64,000 nt of DNA from contig CAYOZJ010000002.1 of NCBI GenBank assembly GCA_964408485.1, positions 5,235-69,234 on the forward strand, written 5' to 3'. Positions within the stretch are counted from its first letter, which is position 1. The number at the start of each line of letters is the position of its first letter. The notes under the pieces were generated by a model. That model was not told the DNA's origin, ran no database searches, and worked only from the letters and a program-made list of their open reading frames with translations. The position numbers were made by a program, and so were the translations under genes. Shown here in pieces: positions 46,914 to 55,963 of the stretch. The DNA is from an uncultured Gammaproteobacteria bacterium. GTDB lineage: Bacteria > Patescibacteriota > Microgenomatia > Levybacterales > UBA12049.

Positions 46914-48909
46914 GATGTCACCTACTAACGCAAGGGCTGGTAGCGACGGCTCCTCTGGTCCTATTGGTGGGCCGAGTGGCCCAGAAGCCTCTGGAGCTTG
47001 GCAGGGACATAAGCCTATTCGTGGTCCAGAAGATGCAGCAACAGTACTGGGTAGGTTAGGTAAACCAAAAGATACGAGTGGTAATATACTGGATCCGCTA
47101 GCAGAGAAAAAGGTAGCACAGGAAACACAAGATGTACTAGTTGGTCCTCCTGCAAATCCTCAGGGAGCATTAGGAAAATTAGCTGTTGCAACAGGATTTC
47201 CTCAAGATACTCTTGCAGTGATGCATGAGGCTAATGGTGTTGACCCATTTAAGGAGTCAGAATCAGAATCAATCCCTGAACAAGCACCTACTGATTTGCC
47301 ACAGTCTGCTGAGGGGGTGCAGCAGGCAAATCCAATGTGGCCAACAAATGAACCACTGGTGCAGGCAGAGGCTGCAAGAACCCAAGCGAATGTGAGTCAG
47401 CCTGCAGAAGTAGTCGCACCCACTGATGCTGTCTCAGATCAAGCAGATACACATACGCCCACAACAGACGAGTTATCAGAGCAGAGATATCAAAAAACAC
47501 TAGAACAGGTTCGAGTTCTTGCAAAAGACAAGCAGGAGGAGGCATTGCTCCCTCTGATGAGAGCAAATCCACAACATGCACAGGAACTTAGTCAAGAGTT
47601 TGGAGTACAAGTACCAACAGATTTAGTGCAAGAATTGCAGCAGCAACAGTTGAGTGCAGTAGATACTTCTGATGTTTCTGTAGATACTACCCGAGCCTCT
47701 TTAGAGCCAGCAGCGGAATTAGAACAAAATGGGGAAGCAACAGAATCAGATACGAATACAAATACCCCTGATATGGCAGCTCCATTACCTCAACCTGCAA
47801 GTCCCGATGTTCCTGGACCTGATAATACAGATATACAAAAACATCTAGACAAGAGTGAAGATTATCAGAAGGCTCTAAAAGAATTTGAAACAATAGAAAA
47901 AGATACGCCAGATACTGTAAAACAAATTGCAGATATGCCCACAGAGGCGTCTGACCCAAAAGATCACCCCTTTAAAGAAATAAATGAAAAAGATGGGGAG
48001 ATAAATGCATTATCTCCAGAGCAAAAAAAACTCTACGATCAATTCGTTAATGTGCGTGAGTACATAGAGCAAGTTAAAAACGAAGCAGCATTGGATGTGG
48101 AAGAAGCAGGAATAGATAGCTTACCAGCAGAGCAGCAAGCTAATGCGCGACGCGATGTTGAAGCAAGGAGAAGAGAGTCAAGACAAAAATCATATCTTCA
48201 ACGAAATGCACGGTACCAGGATCTTCAAAGAAAATGGCGAACACTTGAGCAAAGAGCGTTAAGTGATACGTATGGTATGAGCGTAAGCGATCTTAGGGAT
48301 CTTGCTGTTAAAAATTGGAGCAGCCTTTCTCCTACGGAAAAGCATTTATTTGGCGGAGATACCGATGAGGCAAAAAAAGCATTTCAAAAATATCAACGTG
48401 ACAAGAGCGATATGAATAAAGCAGAAGGTAATGCAAAAGTTCAAGTCTTTAATGAAAGACGCGATAAGGAAAATCATAAAGAAGATGGAACAGCCTATTC
48501 AACAGATCCTAAAAAAAGAGATGAAGAGGTGCGAGAGGAAATGAAAAAAGAGTCGAGATTCTTAGGGGAGGAAAAAGATCTAGGAAGAATACGAAGATTT
48601 ATGCAGGATTTTGGTCAGGGAGTAGATCATTGGTTTGGAAAAGCCGAGATGGATGAGCACGGAAAGCAAGCAATAGGATACGTAAAGCGATTATATGGTC
48701 AGTACGGATGGAGAGGGCTTTTTTCTCAAGAATCTGATGCAAAGAATCTGCGTAAGCTTGCAATGGAAGAAGCAGGAGAATGGGCAACGCGTTGGGGTTT
48801 GAGAAAAATTCCTCTATTCCTCCTGACAATGGGACTTTTCTGGCTTGTTTTACCTATGGTTTACGGAAAAGCACTCGAGATTACCAAACCATTCGGTGGT
48901 AATGGCTAG
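46906..48909 (+). CDS. hypothetical acidic low-complexity protein with C-terminal TM anchor (tail-anchored)
   Basis: 667 aa. Pro/Glu/Gln-rich. The final 30 aa (IPLFLLTMGLFWLVLPMVYG) form a hydrophobic helix. Confidence 0.4.
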   Translation: MLKMSPTNARAGSDGSSGPIGGPSGPEASGAWQGHKPIRGPEDAATVLGRLGKPKDTSGNILDPLAEKKVAQETQDVLVGPPANPQGALGKLAVATGFPQDTLAVMHEANGVDPFKESESESIPEQAPTDLPQSAEGVQQANPMWPTNEPLVQAEAARTQANVSQPAEVVAPTDAVSDQADTHTPTTDELSEQRYQKTLEQVRVLAKDKQEEALLPLMRANPQHAQELSQEFGVQVPTDLVQELQQQQLSAVDTSDVSVDTTRASLEPAAELEQNGEATESDTNTNTPDMAAPLPQPASPDVPGPDNTDIQKHLDKSEDYQKALKEFETIEKDTPDTVKQIADMPTEASDPKDHPFKEINEKDGEINALSPEQKKLYDQFVNVREYIEQVKNEAALDVEEAGIDSLPAEQQANARRDVEARRRESRQKSYLQRNARYQDLQRKWRTLEQRALSDTYGMSVSDLRDLAVKNWSSLSPTEKHLFGGDTDEAKKAFQKYQRDKSDMNKAEGNAKVQVFNERRDKENHKEDGTAYSTDPKKRDEEVREEMKKESRFLGEEKDLGRIRRFMQDFGQGVDHWFGKAEMDEHGKQAIGYVKRLYGQYGWRGLFSQESDAKNLRKLAMEEAGEWATRWGLRKIPLFLLTMGLFWLVLPMVYGKALEITKPFGGNG

Positions 48910-48911
48910 TG

Positions 48912-48985
48912 CGTCCCCGGGCAGATTTGAACTGCCGATCTTCAGGTTCGGAACCTAATGCTCTATCCAACTAAGCTACGAGGAC
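48912..48985 (-). tRNA. tRNA-Arg (anticodon CCG)
   Basis: Hand-folded. Acceptor GTCCTCG/CGGGGAC+G, anticodon loop TTCCGAA, T-loop TTCAAAT. Confidence 0.75.
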
Positions 48986-48998
48986 AGATATTTGAGGG

Positions 48999-49088
48999 CG
49001 GAGGAGGTGAGATTCGAACTCACGGTATACAAAAACTGCATACGGCGGTTTTCGAAACCGCTGGAATAAACCACTATCCGACTCCTCC
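48999..49088 (-). tRNA. tRNA-Ser (anticodon CGA)
   Basis: Acceptor GGAGGAG/CTCCTCC+G, anticodon arm GCGGT-TTCGAAA-ACCGC, a long variable arm, T-loop TTCGAAT. Confidence 0.8.
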
Positions 49089-49093
49089 CTATG

Positions 49094-49166
49094 CGTGCCC
49101 GAGAGGAATTGAACCTCCGACCGTCAGATCCGCAATCTGATGCTCTATCCGCTGAGCTACGGGCAC
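49094..49166 (-). tRNA. tRNA-Arg (anticodon GCG)
   Basis: Acceptor GTGCCCG/CGGGCAC+G, anticodon arm TCAGA-TTGCGGA-TCTGA, T-loop TTCAATT. Confidence 0.7.
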
Positions 49167-49214
49167 ATGAAAGTAGGAGTATTATACCTGATTTAGACCA
49201 TATGGAGCAAAAGA

Positions 49215-49739
49215 TCACGCTTTTTCCAGTGGAAAATTTTTAGAGAGCCACTCTGCGGATTTTTCCATCATTGTTGGTTTTATATATTCACGGTAGGGAA
49301 GATACTGAAGAAGAATATGTTTTACATGGTCTTCGGTCATATCTCCTAATGTAAGTGTTAATTCTCCTGGAATCATGGCATAGGTGCGAATATGGAGCAC
49401 ATCAACGCCGTTTCTTTTTTTAAAGTAAAAATCGTACAATTCTTCCCATAAGAAAAAATGATCCTCAACCATGATCCCTTCAGTTGAAATACGGTAAAGA
49501 AAATTACTAGGAGGAGTAACCGCAAGAGCAAATGCCAAAAAAGCTAGCGCTGCAACAACGGCCATGAGCGCATATTGAGAAAATAGAAAGAGAATAATTT
49601 CAATAAGAAGGGTAAGTAAAATAAGAGAGCTGTAATAACTTTTTGACTTCTTTTTGTAGGGTCTACCTGGGGCTTTCCACGAAAGAAGGGTCTTTACAGT
49701 ATAGGGATTTAATGGGTGCTCTTGGTGCTTTTCATCCAT
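49215..49739 (-). CDS. membrane protein (hypothetical)
   Basis: 174 aa with 2 TM helices and a basic N-terminus. Confidence 0.4.
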   Translation of the reverse strand: MDEKHQEHPLNPYTVKTLLSWKAPGRPYKKKSKSYYSSLILLTLLIEIILFLFSQYALMAVVAALAFLAFALAVTPPSNFLYRISTEGIMVEDHFFLWEELYDFYFKKRNGVDVLHIRTYAMIPGELTLTLGDMTEDHVKHILLQYLPYREYIKPTMMEKSAEWLSKNFPLEKA

Positions 49740-49780
49740 ATACTTACTGTACTTGAGTGAGGAAATGGAGTCAAGAAGAG

Positions 49781-49867
49781 CGGAGAGGGCGAGATTCGAA
49801 CTCGCGAAGGACTTGCGTCCTTGACTGTTTTCAAGACAGTTGCACTAGTCCACTATGCGACCTCTCC
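49781..49867 (-). tRNA. tRNA-Ser (anticodon TGA)
   Basis: Acceptor GGAGAGG, anticodon arm ACTGT-CTTGAAA-ACAGT, a long variable arm, T-loop TTCGAAT. Confidence 0.8.
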
Positions 49868-49923
49868 AGTAGAAGTATTATATATGAAATAGCCTCGTTT
49901 GACTATCTGGAGAGAGTAAGAGG

Positions 49924-50133
49924 CTACTTTGTTTGCTTAACATTCACATCATAGTGGCTAGGAATATTGACTTGTGGGCTGGATCCCATAAATGAGGAAC
50001 GAAGATACGGAAGAGCGTAGAAAATAAATAAGAGCAAAAAAACAACTAACACAATTACTCCAAGCAAAAATCCCATGCCATTATTGCCTGAGTCTTGAGT
50101 AGAAGCCGGTGTATTTACAATTGTGTCTGTCAT
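49924..50133 (-). CDS. small membrane protein (69 aa, hypothetical)
   Basis: Internal-Met start. The longer tracked ORF overlaps the VIT gene in another frame. One TM helix (GFLLGVIVLVVFLLLFIFYALPYL). Confidence 0.25.
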   Translation of the reverse strand: MTDTIVNTPASTQDSGNNGMGFLLGVIVLVVFLLLFIFYALPYLRSSFMGSSPQVNIPSHYDVNVKQTK

Positions 50134-50246
50134 ATTATATTGCTGTTGTAAAAATCTTAAAAAAGATTGAATTAAAAGTATTATAAGACAAATGTAGATT
50201 ATTGACGTAAAAAAATGATCAATGAATTGTAAGAAAAATAGAAGAA

Positions 50247-50999
50247 TTATCCTTGAATAAACTTGGCAAAGAAGTAGCCAACAAATGCAGCCGACAAGCC
50301 AATAATTACCATTCGGATACCACTCTTCCACCAGCTTCCAACAAGAGAAAGCGCCTGATATGCACCAACACCAAAAAGTGCAATCCCACACACAACAATA
50401 GATAAAATAATTTCTGTTTGGAATGTTTGTGGGACAAAAGAGCTAAAAAAGAAGGGAAGTAAGGGGACAATGCTCCCAATTGCTGTTGTTATACCAACTA
50501 CAGCAGCGCTTCTAAAAATATTTCTCGTTTCAACTTTTTCTATTCCTAGTTCTTCTCGCATCATGGTATCAGTCCAGATTTTTTTGTCTCCAACAATTGT
50601 TGTTACAATTTCTTCCAGCACTTTTCCTGTAAAGCCTTTTGCCTCAAAAATTCTTCGCACTTCTTCTTTTTCCATCTCTGGATACATTTCTATCTCCTTT
50701 TTCTCTTTAATCAGCTCAGCTTCGTAATAGTCGCGTTGAGACTGAGCAGACGTATAGGCAACAGCACCCATGGAAATAGCTTCTGCTGCAGAGGCTGCAA
50801 GGACAGTAAGTACTAAAATATGCGCATTGCCACCAGCTGCAGCAACGCCCAAAACAATCCCTAATGCATTTACCATGCCATCTTGTCCACCTAAGATAAC
50901 ATCGCGAAGTGGATTACCAAATTTATGGTCTTCTTGATGATTTTTATGATGATCAAATGCTTCCTGGGTTGGGCGAAGAAGACTTGCTGGTGTTGGCAT
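50247..50999 (-). CDS. VIT1/CCC1-family iron/manganese transporter
   Basis: 250 aa. ILGGQDGMVNALGIVLGVAAAG and a cytoplasmic metal-binding helical insert (EEVRRIFEAKG...), followed by C-terminal TMs. Confidence 0.75.
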   Translation of the reverse strand: MPTPASLLRPTQEAFDHHKNHQEDHKFGNPLRDVILGGQDGMVNALGIVLGVAAAGGNAHILVLTVLAASAAEAISMGAVAYTSAQSQRDYYEAELIKEKKEIEMYPEMEKEEVRRIFEAKGFTGKVLEEIVTTIVGDKKIWTDTMMREELGIEKVETRNIFRSAAVVGITTAIGSIVPLLPFFFSSFVPQTFQTEIILSIVVCGIALFGVGAYQALSLVGSWWKSGIRMVIIGLSAAFVGYFFAKFIQG

Positions 51000-51017
51000 A
51001 GTGCTAGTATATCACTC

Positions 51018-51581
51018 CTACGCTTTTTGAAAAAACGCAACAAATTCACTATTCCCACCCTTACTGCCCAGAAGAGGAGATTTAACAAAGCCTTTTGCGA
51101 CAACAGGGAATTGGTGTGGAATCTCATCATATACTTTTTTTGCAACCAGCTCTGCCGTGTCTTCTTCTAATTTTCCTTTATGGAGAAGTGATTTGTCTGC
51201 TTCATAATGGGGTTTAATTAATGTAACAATAAGACCATTCTCTTCGAGATTAGCTAATATATTTGGAAGAATTTTTTCTTGCTTAGTCCATGATGTGTCA
51301 TTGGTTATTAAATCCATTTTTTGGGGTAATACAACATGCATAGCATTCGTTTTTTCCATTACAACGACTCGTGGGTCATTGCGAAGTTTCCATGCAAGCT
51401 CACCGTATCCTGTCTCGACAGCGTAGACTTTTTCTGCGCCGCGCTTAAGAAGACAATCAACAAACCCGCCAACACTTGCGCCAAAGTCTGCGCAGGTTAA
51501 TCTTGTGACGTCTATATCAAACTCTTTTAATGCGTAATCTAATTTCTCTCCAGCACGGGATGCAAAGGGTGTAATACTCAT
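51018..51581 (-). CDS. tlyA: TlyA-family (FtsJ-like) rRNA 2'-O-methyltransferase lacking the S4 domain
   Basis: Start at the internal Met (MSITPF...). CADFGASVGGFVDCLL (SAM-binding), AVETGYGELAWKLRNDPRVVVMEKTNA nearly identical to the TlyA consensus. The tracked ORF's longer N-terminus overlaps a tRNA and is rejected. Confidence 0.7.
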   Translation of the reverse strand: MSITPFASRAGEKLDYALKEFDIDVTRLTCADFGASVGGFVDCLLKRGAEKVYAVETGYGELAWKLRNDPRVVVMEKTNAMHVVLPQKMDLITNDTSWTKQEKILPNILANLEENGLIVTLIKPHYEADKSLLHKGKLEEDTAELVAKKVYDEIPHQFPVVAKGFVKSPLLGSKGGNSEFVAFFQKA

Positions 51582-51587
51582 GATGAG

Positions 51588-51672
51588 CGGAGAGGGCGAG
51601 ATTCGAACTCGCGAATCCTTGCGGATCGTTGGTTTAGTAAACCAATGCACTCGGCCACTATGCGACCTCTCC
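51588..51672 (-). tRNA. tRNA-Ser-like with unusual anticodon ACT (ACU)
   Basis: Type II architecture identical to the other Ser tRNAs (acceptor GGAGAGG, long variable arm, TTCGAAT). The anticodon arm TTGGT-TTACTAA-ACCAA gives 34-36 = ACT. Confidence 0.55.
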
Positions 51673-51713
51673 AATAGCTTCATTTTATCATTTTGAGAGA
51701 GGTCTGGGAAGTG

Positions 51714-51800
51714 CGGAGGAGACAGGATTCGAACCTGCGCGAGCCTTACGGCTCAGGGGAATAGCAATCCCCCGCAATGGACCAGCTATGCGACTCCTCC
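51714..51800 (-). tRNA. tRNA-Ser (anticodon GCT)
   Basis: Acceptor GGAGGAG, anticodon arm GGGGA-TTGCTAT-TCCCC, a long variable arm, T-loop TTCGAAT. Confidence 0.8.
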
Positions 51801-51866
51801 GTGAAGTTGATTATAGCGAAGCAAAAGATTCTGGACAAGCCAGAATGACAGCTCTACACTTATTTT

Positions 51867-52568
51867 GTGAGTCTTCTTGATATTCTGTTTCCTAAAAAAT
51901 GTGTTGGGTGCAAAAAGTTTGGAGAATATCTTTGCCCAAATTGTTTTGCTTCCCTTTCTTTTTCTGTAAGTCCAAAATGCTTAGTGTGTAATAAGCCTTG
52001 TTTTGATGGCATGACTCATCCCGGCTGCAAAGGAAAATACACAATAGATGGATACTTTGCTGCTTTAAATTACAAATCAATTCTTAAAAAGCTTATGTAT
52101 CAATTTAAATATGCACCGTATCTAACGGATTTGCAGACTGTTTTGGGAGATTTACTCTATGAGCAAATGATTCAAGAAGAATTGTTTATGAAAATCCTGC
52201 AGCAAAATCCAATTCTTGTTCCAATTCCTCTATCTCGTTCAAAAGAAAGAAAAAGAGGATATAACCACGCAGAAATTCTGGCAAAGAATTTAGGGAAAAA
52301 GCTTGGAATACCTGTACAGAATATTCTCTTAAGAATTAAAGAAACAAAACCACAGTATGGATTAAAAAGGGAAGAGAGGATTCGGAATATAAAGAATGCC
52401 TTTGGCATTCAGAATCATGAATTAAGAATCAAGAATTATGCAAAGAGACCAACAGTATTTTTAGTTGACGATATTGTAACAACAGGGTCAACGCTTTTGG
52501 AAGCTGCAAACGTTTTAAAAAGAAATGGGTTTAGAAAAGTGTATGGGGTTATCCTGGCTCAGGATTAA
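51867..52568 (+). CDS. comFC: competence protein ComFC (phosphoribosyltransferase-domain protein with N-terminal zinc ribbon)
   Basis: 233 aa with a GTG start. LFPKKCVGCKKFGEYLCPNC...CLVC (4-Cys) and the PRTase motif VFLVDDIVTTGSTL. Confidence 0.75.
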   Translation: MSLLDILFPKKCVGCKKFGEYLCPNCFASLSFSVSPKCLVCNKPCFDGMTHPGCKGKYTIDGYFAALNYKSILKKLMYQFKYAPYLTDLQTVLGDLLYEQMIQEELFMKILQQNPILVPIPLSRSKERKRGYNHAEILAKNLGKKLGIPVQNILLRIKETKPQYGLKREERIRNIKNAFGIQNHELRIKNYAKRPTVFLVDDIVTTGSTLLEAANVLKRNGFRKVYGVILAQD

Positions 52569-52569
52569 G

Positions 52570-52794
52570 CTATCTATGAAGTTCTTCATATCGGAGGCCA
52601 TGTTCAAGAGCTTCATTTCCAATATTAGATTTTAATCTTGAATCTTCTGTATTTCTAGCAACAGCACCCAATCTATGTGCCCGAGTAAGGTGAAGCTCAG
52701 CTATTTCATCTTGTTTCATTCCGGCATCACGAAGTATTCTGTCTCCTCTGAGAATTGTCAAACGTTGTTTTTGTACAGTAGTCATATAATTCAA
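52570..52794 (-). CDS. hypothetical small protein (74 aa)
   Basis: ORF only; lies downstream of the tmRNA terminator. Confidence 0.25.
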   Translation of the reverse strand: MNYMTTVQKQRLTILRGDRILRDAGMKQDEIAELHLTRAHRLGAVARNTEDSRLKSNIGNEALEHGLRYEELHR

Positions 52795-52821
52795 AACTCC
52801 CCTTGTGGGGAGTTTTGTTTG
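52795..52821 (-). terminator. intrinsic terminator immediately 3' of tmRNA
   Basis: Minus strand reads AAAACTCCCC-ACAA-GGGGAGTTTTGAA, a 6-bp GC stem followed by a U-tract. Confidence 0.55.
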
Positions 52822-53222
52822 TGGAGATGTCCGGCAGTGAACCGGAGTCCAAGGATATTATCTAAAAATTTCTACAAGCGTAGTCTTTGTAAAAGTGTCG
52901 AAGTATATTTTTCCAAAGACAGAAAGTTATACTCCCAAGGTTATTTGTCCAATAATATAGTAACCAAGTTTATTATTAGTTCTCTTAGCTAAATTAGCCT
53001 AAAGGACTCACTAAGAGAAGTCATCTTTAGACGCCATTACTTTATGCTTATGCAAAAAGTTGGAGTCCAGCATAGGCTGGTCTCACTACTGGCTGAAGGT
53101 CAGCTACTCGCTGAACCTTTATAAATGCTTTTGCATTTATTAGTGATTCTGTTTTACGACTACTTATCAAAGTCGGCTTGCAATTTTTAAAGAACATTTC
53201 TTGTCGAATCAGTTCATCCCCA
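52822..53222 (-). ncRNA. ssrA: tmRNA (ssrA), about 401 nt, directly downstream of smpB
   Basis: The 5' end GGGGATGAACTGATTCGAC matches the tmRNA consensus (GGGG..TGA..GATTCGAC). The 3' end reads GGACTCCGGTTCACTGCCGGACATCTCCA. The acceptor GGGGATG/CATCTCC has the G3·U70 alanine identity pair. The candidate tag frame ends ...PAYAGLQLFA-TAA followed by a second GCA-TAA. Confidence 0.75.
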
Positions 53223-53263
53223 AGAAAATAAATACCTTATTTATCTTATCACGAATACTGATT

Positions 53264-53695
53264 TTAAAGATCCTGTCTCTCAAGTTCTCTTTTTAGGTCA
53301 CGTTGCTTCTTGGATTCCTTCTTTTGATACTGCTTTTTTCCTTTTCCAAGTGCGATTTCCAGCTTGATTAGACTGCCTGTAGTATACATCGAAATAGGCA
53401 CAATTGTCAAGTTGGCTCCGTCCATTTTGTGCCTAAAATTGAGTATTTGGGTCTTGTGGAGAAGGAGTTTTCGGCTACGCCGCTCGTCATATAGCTCCGG
53501 TCTGGCATATTCATAAGGAAAAATAGAGGCGTTAACTAAGTAAGCCTCAGATCCAATTATTCGTACATGTGAGCCTGTCAGATCTGCTCTGCCTGCTCTT
53601 ACAGCCTTAACTTCGGCTCCCAGCAAATTAATGCCAGCCTCGAAGTGGTCTTGCAGGTCGTAATCAAAATTAGCCCGTTTATTGAAAATTCTCAT
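53264..53695 (-). CDS. smpB: SsrA-binding protein SmpB
   Basis: 143 aa. ...NKRANFDY.....EAGI.L.G.EVKA...G...L..S.. and a basic C-terminal tail. Confidence 0.9.
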   Translation of the reverse strand: MRIFNKRANFDYDLQDHFEAGINLLGAEVKAVRAGRADLTGSHVRIIGSEAYLVNASIFPYEYARPELYDERRSRKLLLHKTQILNFRHKMDGANLTIVPISMYTTGSLIKLEIALGKGKKQYQKKESKKQRDLKRELERQDL

Positions 53696-53746
53696 AGCCT
53701 CATGATACTGAAAAAAGTAGTTAAAGTAAAATGATATAATTCTAAA

Positions 53747-54010
53747 ATGAGAAAATTAACGGAGTTAGAACAGGGAAGCGCAAGGGCAGATGAGATAATA
53801 TATTTTCAAACAGGATCAGTCGATGCCGTTATTTCTGTGCATGAAGACGCTTTGAGTAAACAACAAGGACAACCTGGTGGAGAGGCAAAGCGAGCGGTGG
53901 GTTTGCATAGAATGCGACTGCAAAAACTAACTCAAGCTAGAGACGATGGATTTGGACAAAATGGCACAGGACATACTTTTCCTTCAAAGAGATCGAAGCA
54001 GGCTACTTGA
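53747..54010 (+). CDS. hypothetical small protein (87 aa)
   Basis: ORF only. Confidence 0.2.
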   Translation: MRKLTELEQGSARADEIIYFQTGSVDAVISVHEDALSKQQGQPGGEAKRAVGLHRMRLQKLTQARDDGFGQNGTGHTFPSKRSKQAT

Positions 54011-55772
54011 GGTCAAGTTGGTAGACGATACTCCCTGAAAGAAGGTAGAGTTTTTTATTTTTCTCTGAGACATCAATAAAGGTTGTCGTTGCAACGGTTC
54101 CTGAAGAATACTGGGCAACAAAACTTCCATCTTTTTTAAATACCACTATTCGCGAATTTCCTTTATCCACGACATACACATTATCCAAATCTGCGCTTGT
54201 TAGAATTTGTGTTGGATTTTTAAGCGGTGTATCAAGCCCTGTTATAGAAAGACTATCCTGTGCGCCTTTTGTGTATTTAAGCATTGTTCCATCAGATTCC
54301 AAAATCCAAATCGAGCTGTCTATGGAAATAGAGACAGCTTTGGATAAATCAGGCGCAGTACCCGTAAAATACGCTGATTTATTCCCAAATCCACCACTCC
54401 CTGCAACATATTTATCTATCCCGTCTTTAGTATCCAGGACATACATATTGCCAAAATAGGTATCAAAGCCACCAATTTGCTTCCAGTCTGTACCATTAGT
54501 AATAATTTTTTTACTAACATCTGTTTTTTTATCGTACTGCGTGATGGTGGTGTTATCTGCACCATAGAAATTATTTGTGTCTTGGGTAATATACAAACTG
54601 CTATGCTTAGCGGCGAAAGAGAGAAGAGGAGAGGCATTGTCTGCTGCTTTTTGCGCATCAAGAAGCGGCACTTTTTGCGCATCGGTTAGCGTTGTTGTTA
54701 CTTGAGATAATAGTGATTGGATTTGTTTGCGCTCGCTAGATCCTTGAGCAAATTTTTCTTGACCATTTGTGAGCGTCTGCTGGGCTGATTGGAGATCTTC
54801 TATGGCAAGTGTTTTATTTAAGTTAAGAAGTCCTTTTGCTTCGTTATATTTTGTGTTTGCCGGAGTATAAATTGACTGAAAGAGCGCTTCTTGCTTTGCA
54901 GCTTGTTGGCGATTTTGAAATACGAGAATACTTCCGATGAGTACTATACCTAAGATAATTGTTATCGTAAGAAAAAGCTTCTGTCTATGGGAAAAGGCAA
55001 GTTTGGATTGGTGGGGTGCTTCAATAGGTTTTTCAAATCCAGGAAGTGCTGGTTCTGGAGTTGTTGAAACCTCTTTTTCTTCTTCTTTTGGCGTCTCAAT
55101 CACAGGACGCACGGGTGCAGTTGGTTCATCTTCATGATATGAAAAGACAAGTGCTGATGCTCCCCCAATCTGTGCATTATGTACTTTAGGAGCAAAAAGC
55201 TCTGCTAATTCCTCTGCTGTTTTCCCATCAAATGAAGCAGCAAGCTCATCGTGTGAGAAAATTTGTCCAAAGAAGAGTGTATGCAAAAGGACTATGTCCC
55301 CAACTTCTAAGAATCCTGAAACAGATGCGATTTTCTCCTCAGATTCTGGCTTGATTCCTAAGAGCATCCCTAATTTTTCTCCACGTTTGAGTAGTACCCG
55401 TCCTTCACCCGCAATCACCACATACAGGATATTTTTAACAACAGCTGCAACAACAAGTCCAACTTCTACATCCTTTGGGGTTTTGCTTACTGTTGCCTTT
55501 ACTGCATCTTTTACTGTCTCAAGATCTTTGGTTGTTAGAGTAAAGTATTCAGAAACAAGCGTGTCCAAAAGCTCTTTGCCAACGCGCGCTAAGGGAGCTT
55601 TGTCACTTGGAGATTTGGTGCTTACGGAGACAACAGCAGTAAATCCTCCAGCATGGTATGCTTGTGACCATCCAGTATCATTTGCTGATGCAACAATTTT
55701 TCCAACAGTAATTTTGCTTGCCATCTCTTTTATAGTATCACAGTATGACAAGTGTGACGACAATAAGGGCAA
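54003..55772 (-). CDS. bitopic membrane protein with degenerate PP2C-like N-domain (?) and large β-rich ectodomain (hypothetical)
   Basis: 589 aa with a TM near residue 265 (LFLTITIILGIVLIGSILVF). The N-domain shows weak PPM-like motif spacing without metal-binding Asp residues. Confidence 0.35.
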   Translation of the reverse strand: MPLLSSHLSYCDTIKEMASKITVGKIVASANDTGWSQAYHAGGFTAVVSVSTKSPSDKAPLARVGKELLDTLVSEYFTLTTKDLETVKDAVKATVSKTPKDVEVGLVVAAVVKNILYVVIAGEGRVLLKRGEKLGMLLGIKPESEEKIASVSGFLEVGDIVLLHTLFFGQIFSHDELAASFDGKTAEELAELFAPKVHNAQIGGASALVFSYHEDEPTAPVRPVIETPKEEEKEVSTTPEPALPGFEKPIEAPHQSKLAFSHRQKLFLTITIILGIVLIGSILVFQNRQQAAKQEALFQSIYTPANTKYNEAKGLLNLNKTLAIEDLQSAQQTLTNGQEKFAQGSSERKQIQSLLSQVTTTLTDAQKVPLLDAQKAADNASPLLSFAAKHSSLYITQDTNNFYGADNTTITQYDKKTDVSKKIITNGTDWKQIGGFDTYFGNMYVLDTKDGIDKYVAGSGGFGNKSAYFTGTAPDLSKAVSISIDSSIWILESDGTMLKYTKGAQDSLSITGLDTPLKNPTQILTSADLDNVYVVDKGNSRIVVFKKDGSFVAQYSSGTVATTTFIDVSEKNKKLYLLSGSIVYQLDLK

Positions 55773-55963
55773 GTGTGCAGATTCCTAAGAAAAGAACAAA
55801 CGACTGTAAATACGGAAACATATCAGGTTGTGTGACAATCCGGTTCATTGCGCGAATTTGATTTAAGACAACAAAGAGAAATACTGCAACAAGAGACAGC
55901 ATAATGCTAAAGCTTATTTTCAGCAAAATACTTGCACCCTGGGTTTGTAGAAATAAAATCTGC

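Noticed and set aside
49924-50391. Full 155-aa ORF overlapping the VIT1 gene.
   Set aside because: The 5' 260 nt overlap the VIT1 gene in another frame and have Cys/Trp-rich shadow composition. Only the non-overlapping 69-aa C-terminal part is retained, at low confidence.
51582-51683. Extended N-terminus of the TlyA-like ORF (MKLLERSHSG…).
   Set aside because: It overlaps the tRNA at 51588..51672 and is not S4-domain-like. The start was moved to the internal Met at 51581.
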